Positions 20,177 to 31,379 of a stretch of DNA of 64,000 nucleotides are shown in pieces; within the stretch, counting starts at the first letter, position 1, and each line of letters starts with the position of its first letter. Location: positions 248,001 through 312,000 of the forward strand of contig JAPMXV010000046.1 in the NCBI GenBank assembly GCA_026936335.1, given 5' to 3'. The position numbers and the translations under genes were made by a program. A model generated the notes under the pieces. The model saw nothing but the letters and a program-made list of their open reading frames with translations. It had not been told where the DNA came from and searched no databases. Source of the stretch: Mantamonas sphyraenae STR306. Lineage: Eukaryota; Protista; CRuMs.

Positions 20177-20909
20177 ATGTCCAAGACTGTGATTTCGACT
20201 GACAAGGCACCCGGAGCGGTGGCAGCGTACTCGCAGGCCATCAAGTCCGGCAGCAAGCTCTACGTGTCGGGCTGCATCGGCCTCAGCGTCGACGACGACG
20301 TGAAGAAGGTGTATGTTACGCAAAAGGGGCTGCACGCGAGACGATGGGCGAGAGGTGTGCGTGAGGCACGAACGGGCGTGAAAAGAGAGAAATTGCGCTG
20401 ACCCTATACCTTTTGCTCCACGCCACAGCGACCTGAGCAATGTTGATATCAAGGAGCAGACGACCCAGGTGAGTGTGCATAGCGTGTTTCCATACACCAA
20501 ACATGGTGTGAAGTGCCCAACTGACACCCTTCACCCGTCCACGCAGGCACTGAGCAACATGAAGGCCATCCTGGAGGCCGGCGGAGCGTCGTGGAGCAAC
20601 GTGGTGCAGGTGACAATCATGCTGACGAGCATGGAGGACTACGGTGCAGTGAACGAGGTGTACCAGAACATGCTGAAGGAGCTGAAGGGCAAATTCCCGG
20701 CGCGTGCTGCGTTTGCCGTCAAAGGTCTCCCGCTGAACGCCAAGGTGGAGATCCAGTGCGTGGCTGCGCTCTCTGACGGCTCTGTGGCTGGTGGCAAGAG
20801 CAACAGCGACAGTTGGTACAACTCCCCGTGGGCTATTGGCTCGCTGGTGGCCGTGGGCGCAATCGCCCTGTCCATCGTCTTTGACAACCCGGACGACGAC
20901 TTTTACTGA
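20177..20909 (+). CDS. RIDA: RidA/YjgF/UK114 enamine-imine deaminase with hydrophobic C-terminal extension; 3 exons
   Basis: STDKAPGAVAAYSQAIK, LYVSGCIG, VNEVY, FPARAAFAVKGLPLNAKVEIQCVA; introns about 20311-20428 and 20469-20546. Confidence 0.9.
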
Positions 20910-20942
20910 CATTCTGCCGGGCATATGATTGTCGTCCACAGT

Positions 20943-22371
20943 GGTCGTCGCATCAGCCGTGGCCGTCGCTGAGGCGCCGAGACACACACAAAGACAAGAA
21001 AAACGCCGAAGCACCAATTCAACCCAAACGTCGCCCACCCACGACGCAAACGTGCCATCCAAATTGTCCACAGTCTTCCATTTGTTTGTTTGTTTTCCTT
21101 TGCAAAGCTCCACGCGCAGCAGCACAGACAGCTGGTGGTTGTGAGGCAAAAGGGGCAACAAAGTGCCCGCGTGCAACACACACCACCGCACACTGCCACA
21201 CGTCACTGCATACGTGCACACTCTGCTCCAGATCCCACCACACAGGGATGTCGAGTGATTTAGAAGTAGGTGTTGGGGCGGGCAGCCAGGAAGCGGTTGC
21301 GGCGGCTGCGGTCGGTCGAGCGCAGCACACGGTGGGGCAGAGGGAAGCGCAGCTTGCTGTTGAACAGCTTGGCATCCACACGGCTGGCCTCCAGCGGCTT
21401 CAGCTTGCGCGACGTGTTCAGCTTGTCCACGCGCAGGATCACAATGCTGTGCTTGCGAGCACGGTGGCGGCCAGCCAGCTCAGAGTACATCTGCTCAATG
21501 GCGCCGTTCACCGTGTTGTCGCGGTACTCCTTGTACATGTTGTGCGTGCCGCTGCGGCTGTTGTACTTGATCCACACGCCGTACGTGTGCACCTGGTCCG
21601 GTCGCTTCTCAAACAGCTCCTGCACAGCTGTGTGACCCCAAAAGAAACCCCGCTCGCTGTGTCAGCCGCATGCGCGTCCTCTCTCTCTCCCACACACCTT
21701 GCCTCCCCCTTCCCTCTATCCTCCCTCTCCTCCTTTCCCATCCTCGCCACACCCATCTCTATCCACCTGTCCAGCCCATCGACCCCCTGCGCGTCTCACT
21801 GCGCCCGTCTCTTGTCCCATGCCACCCGCTCCGCCTCGCCTGGGTTTTGCATGCGACCCGAAAATCACTCGCTCCCGCACGCCCGTTCACCTCCTTTTCG
21901 ACATCCCACCCCTCCCTCCCATCTGCACAGCCTTCCCTCATAGGCCACTTACCCAGGATCTCCGACGACGTCGACTTCATCTTGATCAGCTGGCGAGCAA
22001 TGTAGCGGAAGCGCGACTTGGCCTCCGTCTTGCTCTTGGCAAAGATCTTCATCCTGTACACCTCGGGGTACGGGTGCTTCTCATCCGGACGGCGGCGTCC
22101 AACCACAGAATATTGATGAACCTGCAGGTGTGGCGACGTGTGGTGAGCCCAATGTCAGCTTCAGTGCGTGTGTAGGGCGTGCCAAAGTGGCCCGGGCGGC
22201 CGAGAGGTGAATTTGCGCCTCCCTTTGCCCCGTCCGTGTGCACGACAGGTGGGTGGTGGGTGCACACGCAACGGAGCAAACGGCAGGTGGGCATGTGGGC
22301 ATTCGGTGGGTACGCCTCTGTGTGCATGTGCACCTACCATTGTTGAGTGTTTGAGTTGTTTGGCTGGCGGC
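20943..22371 (-). repeat. Copy A of 1.43-kb inverted duplication (partner 29951-31379)
   Basis: Reverse complement aligns nearly base for base with 29951-31379, including both introns and the 3' flank. Confidence 0.95.
21260..22340 (-). CDS. RPL18A: 60S ribosomal protein L18a (eL20), copy A; exon 1 coding part is ATG only
   Basis: M|VHQYSVVGRRRP...YRMKIFA...AKSRF...YGVWIKYNSRSGTHNMYKEYRD...RHRAR...RPNTYF. Confidence 0.95.
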
Positions 22372-22445
22372 GTCGGCGCGGTGTTCCTGCCAACAGAAAC
22401 CGACCGACCAGACCGACAAGGAGAGCTGGTTCCCACACATTCCAC

Positions 22446-25400
22446 ATGCGACGAACGCGCGAGTATGGTGGTGGTCGCCGAAGCAATCACCAGTTTGGGT
22501 ATGTTGTTCCGGACGCAACGCACACGTCTCGTTTTGCCCGTTTCTGGCATGGAAAAGGGGAGCAGATCCGACACCGCGGTATGCTGACATGTCACTTTGC
22601 CTATCAATGGGCTATCGCAGTGCGGAAACGGCCATGCAGAGCAAACTGAACAGTGTGAGCAAGAAAGTGGACCAGGTCGACCCGGAGTTCCTAGCTGCAA
22701 ACTTTTCGGCCGTACGCCGCGTCATCGACATGATCCGCGAGGCTGACGGCATGCTTGACGAAAGCTCGCCTGTGTACATTAAGCTGTACCAAAATCTGCA
22801 GCTGATGGAAGAAGCCATGGACGAGATTGTGGACCGTTCGTTGTCGCCCTCCCTACCCCGCCCCTCCAAGTCCGACCAGCGCTGACAACCCACCCGCGTG
22901 CCCTCTGCAGAGTCCTATCCCGGCTTCAACAAGAGCATCCACGCCTTTTCCAGTGTCTATGACCAGATGCAGGAGTCGTCAGAACGCATCACAGAGATCA
23001 AGGCAGATCTGCTCAAGGTTGGTTCATTGTCTCCGCGCGCCCAGCTGCGCGACGTCCTCCGCCTCCACACACATGCGCTCACACTTCCCCGTCACGTTGA
23101 CGTAAATCTGTGTAGAGCAAGCGTTTGCTGGCGACCAAGACGGCGGGACTGCGGACGCTGTACCTGGAGTCGGTGCAGTACAAAGAGGTGATTCGCATCC
23201 TGGACAAAATGTACGTGCGCAGCGCACCAGAGAGAAGGGCCGAGTGTGCGATATCCCCCTGGTTGCTGACAAGATACAAACGGCATGTCGCTGCTTGCCC
23301 ACCATAGTGCGTCGATCAAGCAGGTACCCGAGCAGCTGGAGCAGTTTGTGACGAACAAGCACTACCTGCACGCGTCGCAGCTGCTGGTCAAGTCGGTCAA
23401 CGTGCTGCAGGCTGAGGATGTACAGAATGTGGGTGCGCTGCGTCCCCTGCGCATCGACATCACAGAGAAGAGGGACCTCTTCCATGTCGTGCTGGTGGAG
23501 GAGCTGCACAACCACATCTACTTGAAGAGCAAGCACGCACAGCTCGACCGCACCTACAGCGCCAACCAAGACTCGCTACTCTCTGCCGTCCAGCAGGCCA
23601 CGTCGTCTGCGGCCTCCACATCGAGCGGGGGCAGCGGAGGCGGTTCTGGAGACCAGTCCTCACGCAATCGAACGCAGTCGCGACCGCGCACAAACACGCA
23701 GCAGCTGCTGGCAAACACCAACAGTATGCAGGCACGTGGGCGTCGCGGTTCGGTGGTGCGCACGGGCACAGGCAGCGCAGGCAGTGCGGGAGGGTCGAAC
23801 CACAGTGGCAACAACGACAACAGCGACAACGCCTCGCAGTCCTCCGACGGTTCGAATCGACACACGACCAACAGTGGCGCGGAACCACACAGCATCGAAT
23901 CGCTGTTCAGCCCGCTGCGACGCAAGTATGATAGCAACGAGCCGCTGCAGGAGGATCTGGAAACCAACCCCGAAGAAAACTCGCACCACTACGTGCGCCT
24001 GCTCGTCGAATCGCTCTGGGTGCTGCAGCGGTCCCAGACTGCGCTTATTTTGATCAAGCAGCGCATGCGCAGCGAGCTGAAAAAGATCATTGAAAAGACT
24101 GTGGCCGAAGTGCGCCAGCAGATCCTAGCCATCGAGGCCGAGGACGCAAGCGTGTACCGCTACTCCAGCGTGTCGTTTGCAGACCGCAGCCACAAGCACC
24201 TGGATGGGACCGGAAGTAGTAGTAGCAGCAGCAGCAGCAGCAGTAGCAGCAGTAGCAATGGAAGCCGCAGTCGCAGCACCAGCGGCAAGAAGAAGCGAAA
24301 CGAGAACCATGACGGTTCCGCGGGAGGTGGCACGGTGTCGCGTGGCAATACCGTGTTGGCAGTGTCCAACTTGCTGGGAGGCATTTCGTCGACGTCGTCC
24401 AAGGTGGAGGAAAAGAGGCAGCGGCTGGTGACGCTGCTGCAGCGCATCTTTTCGATGTTCATGGGTGTGCTGCGCAACCACATGCACGTCATCCAGTGCT
24501 TTGGCGAACACGACATCAGCAAACAGAACGACTCCCACGCAGCCAAGCTGCGCAAGCAGATGAACAAGCAACCGATGGCCGAGGCAAAACGCAAGCGGCG
24601 GACATGGAAGGTGCACAAGGGCAGCGGCCCACGACCCACCATGTCCTCTATCTTTGATGGACGGCGCACCAGCGCAATGTTTGGAAAGGAAATAAGGACG
24701 GTGGAGACGGCGCAGGCGCGAGCGGCCACGAGGACGAATCCTTTGAATCGCTGCAGGCCCAACTGGAAGCTATGGAAGGTGAACAGGAGGATGACGTCTA
24801 CGCCATTGATGAGGTGTGGAGCTGCATGCAGATCGAGCTGCAGCACTTTCTGTGCACACACCTGAATCTGGATCCCGAGGACGCAGCGCAGATGATGGCA
24901 CAGGCTGTCGACGCATCCTTCAAGTCGACGTCGTCGTCATCTTCATCTTCTTCGTCGTCCTCAGGCCAGCAGGGATCGACATCGACGTCCTCATCTGCCT
25001 CCTCGTCCTCGTCGTCGCGGACGACCTCCAAGGGCCAGGCGCAGTTCCAGGGCGACATGGAGTTGATGGCAGGCCTGGGCGGCAAGAAATTGTTTTCCTT
25101 CAGCGAGAGCAATCTGGCCAAAAAGAGTCAGGAGAGGAGCGGCGGAGGACCGCAACCGGAGACGCTGCAGGTGTTTTCGTCGAGCATGTTCAACATCACG
25201 GTGCTGTACCGGCCTGTGATGCTGTTTGTGGAACAGGTACATAGTGGAGTGCCGCTGAGCCAAGATCACGACATTGTGGGTGGGTTGCGCGGCTTCCTGG
25301 ACGACTTTATCACCAACCACTACTTCCCAATGGCGCGTACGCACTACACAAACGCCACGCGCACCATGATCGAGTCACCCGAAGCGTTCAAACCGCCCAG

Positions 25401-26841
25401 CGACAGGCAGTCAATCGGGGCACGAAAAGACAACCAAGTGCCGCTGCTGAATGGCACGGTGGCAATGTTTGAGTTGATCGAAGCGGTGTTCAAGGACGCG
25501 CAGTGCATGCCCGAGTATGCGAATGACTTTGTGAGCGTGATTGAGAACAACCTGCTGGCACGGTACTACGACAAGTGCTACAACAAGTTTGTGGAGTGCA
25601 CAGACGGCACCCTTAGCGGCATGCAGCTGAAGAACGAACTCGTCGTGGGTGCACTCAATTCCGATCCGCTTTGGAAGCAGATCATTGTGCGCAGCGGCAA
25701 GGGTCATATGCGACGCCTGTCCAGCGACAGTGGCTCGTCAATCATGTCGTCGTCGACGATCCACACGAGCGTGAAGAAGCTGATGGATCCGGCAACGGAA
25801 AAGTTTGTCGGGCTGATGGCCGAGGCAGAGGGCGACCTGTACCGGGGTTCGGGGTCGGGTGGAGGCGTGCAGCGGCAGCAGTTGATGTTGGAGTCGTATG
25901 TGGGCGTGGTGACAGCGCTGCACACATCGTTGGACTGGCTGTACGAACGGATCAGAACCTTGGGCACCGAGGACCGTCCAGGGGCAAAGGGTGGAAACAG
26001 CGGCAGCAGTAGCAGCGGCAGCAACAGCTCGGGCATAGGCAGCAGCTCAGGCGTGGGTGGCAGTAGCACCATGGGCATCTCCATTGGTGGCACGAGCACG
26101 CCGCGCAGCACAAGCGGGGGCGGATCAACCAAGAAGCGACGCACACACAGGCGCAACCGGTCGCGGGACAAGAGGTCGCTTAACGCATCGCTCATGGGCA
26201 CAATGCTGTCGGAGGGAGAAGAAATCCAGTGGCAGACCACCGAGTCGATGCGCGAGTCACTGGAGAAAGTGGCTGCGCGGTTCAAGGATCTGAGCGAAAA
26301 GTGCTTGATGGTGTTGAAGCTGGAGTTCCGCATGCGATGTTTCTACCATCTGCAGCAGCACCGCACACGCAACTACGTGTTGGACGAGGAGAGCAGCGAG
26401 CCGGACGACTTTATCGCCGATCTGAACAGGGACATTGCCACGCTGGAGGAGAGTGTATCCCAATTCCTGGTTGCACACAAGTCGAGGTACTTGTTTGGAG
26501 GCGTTGCCCACCTCATTTCCACCATCCTGATCCGGGAGCTGGCCAACGTGAAGCGAGTCAACGCAAACGGAGTGGCCAAGCTGTGCCGCAACGTGTTTGC
26601 GTTGCAGCAAAACCTGACCAACATCATTGTGTCGCAGGAAGGATTCTTTGACCATGCGCGCCACTACTACCTGCTTCTGAACCAGTCGCGAGACGGAGTG
26701 CTGGAGACCATCCTGGAGAACGGCCAGTTGTACTCGTACGCAGAGTACTTGGTGGTGTTGGACCTGGTGTCCACCGCTAACAAACACCAAGAGAACAGGG
26801 AAAAGCTGCAAACGCTGTTGTCTGGCCTGAAGAAGCGATAG
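22446..26841 (+). CDS. EXOC4: Exocyst subunit Sec8/EXOC4; spliced, with one frame break near 24687
   Basis: YPGFNKSIHAFS, VPEQLEQFVTNKHYLHASQLL, LVEELHNHIYLK, NPEENS, CLMVLKLEFRMRCFYHL, KLCRNVFALQQNLTNI. Introns about 22499-22620, 22836-22910, 23018-23116, 23211-23308. Confidence 0.92.
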
Positions 26842-26882
26842 GCGGGGCGGCAAGGAATGGAATGGAATTGAGGTCGTTCATT

Positions 26883-29007
26883 TCATCCAACACGTTGTTT
26901 CTTCACATCCACACCGCCTTGCTGGCCGGCTCCATTTGTATGGTCGCCATGGGTGTCAGTGTCTTGATCCAACTTGCGCTTGCGCGATGCGTCGTCTGCC
27001 GTGGCAGCCGCCTGTTGCTCGTCCAGCTGCATGGCGTTTTGCTGGAGCTTCTGCTTGAGAGATTGCAAGAGAGAGGCATTGGAACGTGTGCTGTCATCCT
27101 TGTTGGCTGCACTGTTTGTATGGGACGCCCAGCAGGCGACGTGGTAGATCTTGCCGTTGGGTTGCGGGCGAAGGGCATCTTTGTACATCCACTCCTCTTC
27201 GTCATCGTCATAAAACTCCTCAAACTTTTCGCCACAAACGGGACATGTGGTCTGGGTCTTGTCTGCGGGCACGCTGGAAGGAGGGAGTTCCTCGGGTTGC
27301 TCGTCGCCGGCAAGCGAATCCTGGAACGGGTGGAAGGTGGCAAAGGCAACCTGGGCTGAAGCACGGTCGCTAAGCCACTCTTCCTTGCGCGAAAACCAGC
27401 TGCGTGAAAGGCTGTTTTGCGTGGCTTCGCGCTTTGCCTTGTTGCGCACAAAATGCCAGTCCATGTGCGCTTGCAGGTCTGTCTTTGTGTGGAAGCGCTG
27501 GGAGCAGGTGGAACAACGCTCCTCGTAGCGGTCGTAGACAGAGTAGACGTACTCTTCCACGGAGTTCTCGTTGTCAATGTTGTCAAAAGACAGGTCCATT
27601 GGGTCGGAGCCCTGCTGTGGGCGAGCGTTGCCGTGCAAAGACATGTTTGTGTTGTGCTGCTGTTGTTGGGCACCTTGTTGTTGCGAGTGCTGCTTGCTGA
27701 AGAAGGAAAGGGAAGAGAGGAGTTGGTCAGCGAGCTGAATCTGGCCTCGCAAGGCGCCGACGCCTTCCTGTGTCAAATGAGGCAGAGTGGCCACCTCGGC
27801 CAGACGTGCACGAAGGGATGAGACGGCGCCAGCGAGTTGTGCTGGGTTCCCGAGCTGAGCCAGAGCATGCGGGTTGTTGAGCATGGCCTTCCACTGCTGC
27901 AAGTTGCGCTGGGCCTCGTTGTACACAGCCGAGGCGCGCTGGTTGTTGAGTGCGGCCTGCTGCTGCTGGTACTGTTGTTGTTGTTGCTGCTGATGGTGTT
28001 GCTGCTGCTGGTACTGCTGCGGCTGTTGCTGCTGTTGTGGTTGGGGCAACTGTTGGCCGAGGGCACCACTCTGCAGGAGTTGATTCAACTGGGCCAGCTT
28101 CTGCAGATCGAGCTGCGGAGTCTGCTGCTGCTGTTCCATCTTCTGGTGCACCTGTTGTCCATTGGCTGGAGCTGGAACTGGAGCTGGAGTAGGACGGTTT
28201 CACGTCTTGGGCGCCGTAGAGCTCGCGAGCTCGGCGTGATGGCTTGCGGTGCTTCGGAACGCCGCCAACAGGCATAATGGGGCGGGAAAGGTCAACGGTG
28301 AGGTTGAGGTTCTTGACGATGGCCTGCAGGACCTCTGGGTACTCCTGCATGAACGGTGGCCAGGTTTTCAGAAGGCGCACAAGCTTACCCCTGGGAGTGT
28401 GGACGATTGGTGGGGTGAAATGATGGTAAAGACGGCAGGGCGCAAACGGCCGTGGGGTCAGCACTGGGTTGCACAGCTGGGAAAGGCTGGGTAGGGGGGT
28501 TGGAAAAGGCGGATGGCGGAAAGCGCGCGTGACGCTGGAAACGCACCTGGCCTCCTGGCCGGACACAGAATATACATTGGCAAAGATGCGAGACAAATCG
28601 GCGGCTAAAAGATCGATGTAGTCGCCTCCCACATTCTTGAGGATGGAGTCGGCCACATAGAGGTAGGAGAGCTTGGAAGACGGCTTGACCTGAGACGAGG
28701 AGTGTGTGGAGGCAGTGTGAGTGGACAAGAGCGCATGGTAGACCCGTGAAAGGCGGATACATACTGCAGTGAGGGTCTCTGCAATGAGACTGACGACAAC
28801 GTCTGCATACTGGCTATGTTCGGCGGCGAGGTCGGTGAGCATGTTGATGACGGGCTTGCTGTTAAACGAAAGGTGATCCAGAGCTCGTGTGTACAGGTGG
28901 CGCATCTCAGAGGGACTGCGCACGGGTTCGAGCATGAGAGCGGCCTGTTGGTCCGTCAGACCCTGCTCACGGAGGCGGTCGAGGATCGCCTGTTGTTTGG
29001 TTGACAT
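26883..29007 (-). CDS. PCF11: PCF11 cleavage/polyadenylation factor; spliced, with a +1 frame break near 28199
   Basis: CID domain (LSFNSKPVINMLTDLA, KLSYLYVADSILKNVG), Q-rich middle, zinc fingers CSTC...HMDWHF and CPVCGEKFEEFYDDDEEEWMYKDA. Confidence 0.92.
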
Positions 29008-29950
29008 GAGGTGCATGGGCAGGCGCACGTCATCACATGTTTGGTCTATGGGTCTCTGGTGCGGTTGGTGGGGCCCATGGAGCCATGTGCGAGCGTTGGG
29101 GGAGGGCCGAGTGGAGCGGCCGCGTTTGCTGCGAGTTTGCGATTTCGGCGGATTCGCGTTTGACGTCATTGTCCTTCTCAGAATTGTTGCGATCCCGATG
29201 TGGTGTCGAGGTGGACTTTGGGTATATGATGCGAGAGTGACCCCCATAACAATGTGAGCACGTGAGGCAAGGAAGCTGAGGTATTATACCTACTTCGAGG
29301 CATTTGTACTACTAGCAGGCATGGCTGGTGGGGCGCACGGCTGCGACGCAGACTGTCGCAGGCCAGCCGACATCAGTCCATCGCCAATGCAGTCATCAAC
29401 AACTAAACGAGTGTTTTGTCACAGGATAAACCTCCGCATCCGTACTTGCGTGCTCACACCATGAACAACAACAACAAAAAAACATCAAAAACGAGGGGCT
29501 CCAATGCCGTTCGATCGAGGATTTCCATTAAGTGTCTTTCAGACGTAACATACTTGAACATCTCCAATGTTAGTTACGGCAGAATGAACCCCGGCAACTG
29601 ACCATCACCATGACAGAGGTATGACATGCTGTGTGCACGGTCAGTATCGGGTTCCATCTACTACAACAGCGCGGGTTTGCACCTTCAATCGTATTTGCAG
29701 TGCAAACCTCAACCAGAACGTACAGTCGGGCGTGCACAGCTGCACTCCCGGCGTCATCCTACCGGTGAACAGCAGAACAGCAGACCGCTGGTCACCACAA
29801 CCATCAATCCTCTCCGGCTCAATCCCCTATCTACTACACCGAGAAGGACCAACGTTCCTTCTTTTTGCCCCCAACTATGGTTGCCCATGCGTGCTCCCAT
29901 CGTGAGAGCGTGTGGGTGCGTGCGCTGCTGCAGCGTCTCGCAGCGCAACT

Positions 29951-31379
29951 GCCGCCAGCCAAACAACTCAAACACTCAACAATGGTAGGTGCACATGCAC
30001 GCAGAGGCGTACCCACCGAATGCCCACATGCCCACCTGCCGTTTGCTCCGTTGCGCGTGCACCCACCACCCACCTGTCGTGCACACGGACGGGGCAAAGG
30101 GAGGCACAAATTCACCTCCCAGCCGCCCGGGCCACCTTGGCACGCCCTACACACGCACTGAAGCTGACATTGGGCTCACCACACGTCGCCACACCTGCAG
30201 GTTCATCAATATTCTGTGGTTGGACGCCGCCGTCCGGATGAGAAGCACCCGTACCCCGAGGTGTACAGGATGAAGATCTTTGCCAAGAGCAAGACGGAGG
30301 CCAAGTCGCGCTTCCGCTACATTGCTCGCCAGCTGATCAAGATGAAGTCGACGTCGTCGGAGATCCTGGGTAAGTGGCCTATGAGGGAAGGCTGTGCAGA
30401 TGGGAGGGAGGGGTGGGATGTCGAAAAGGAGGTGAACGGGCGTGCGGGAGCGTGATTTTCGGGTCGCATGCAAAACCCAGGCGAGGCGGAGCGGGTGGCA
30501 GGGGACAAGAGACGGGCGCAGTGAGACGCGCAGGGGGTCGATGGGCTGGACAGGTGGATAGAGATGGGTGTGGCGAGGATGGGGAGGGGAGGAGAGGGAG
30601 GATAGAGGGAAGGGGGAGGCAAGGTGTGTGGGAGAGAGAGAGGACGCGCATGCGGCTGACACAGCGAGCGGGGTTTCTTTTGGGGTCACACAGCTGTGCA
30701 GGAGCTGTTTGAGAAGCGACCGGACCAGGTGCACACGTACGGCGTGTGGATCAAGTACAACAGCCGCAGCGGCACGCACAACATGTACAAGGAGTACCGC
30801 GACAACACGGTGAACGGCGCCATTGAGCAGATGTACTCTGAGCTGGCTGGCCGCCACCGTGCTCGCAAGCACAGCATTGTGATCCTGCGCGTGGACAAGC
30901 TGAACACGTCGCGCAAGCTGAAGCCGCTGGAGGCCAGCCGTGTGGATGCCAAGCTGTTCAACAGCAAGCTGCGCTTCCCTCTGCCCCACCGTGTGCTGCG
31001 CTCGACCGACCGCAGCCGCCGCAACCGCTTCCTGGCTGCCCGCCCCAACACCTACTTCTAAATCACTCGACATCCCTGTGTGGTGGGATCTGGAGCAGAG
31101 TGTGCACGTATGCAGTGACGTGTGGCAGTGTGCGGTGGGGTGTGTTGCACGCGGGCACTTTGTTGCCCCTTTTGCATCACAACCACCAGCTGTCTGTGCT
31201 GCTGCGCGTGGAGCTTTGCAAAGGAAAACAAACAAACAAATGGAAGACTGTGGACAATTTGGATGGCACGTTTGCGTCGTGGGTGGGCGACGTTCGGATT
31301 GAATTGTTGCCTCGGCGTTTTTCTTGTCTTTGTGTGTGTCTCCGGCGCCTCAGCGACGGCTACGGCTGATGCGACGACC
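29951..31379 (+). repeat. Copy B of 1.43-kb inverted duplication (partner 20943-22371)
   Basis: Near-identical to the reverse complement of 20943-22371; includes the last about 30 nt of THO2. Confidence 0.95.
29982..31061 (+). CDS. RPL18A: 60S ribosomal protein L18a (eL20), copy B; exons 29982-29984, 30201-30369, 30694-31061
   Basis: Same protein as copy A; GT-AG introns join the exons in frame. Confidence 0.95.

Noticed and set aside
29161-29168. Perfect CRE palindrome TGACGTCA upstream of PCF11
   Set aside because: The same 8-mer occurs in coding and intronic positions elsewhere in the window (about 43739 and 54225), so it is not informative alone.
20943-31379. Long inverted repeats read as terminal repeats of a transposon or Polinton
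   Set aside because: The repeats are a ribosomal protein gene, the enclosed genes are SEC8 and PCF11, and no transposase or integrase ORF is present.
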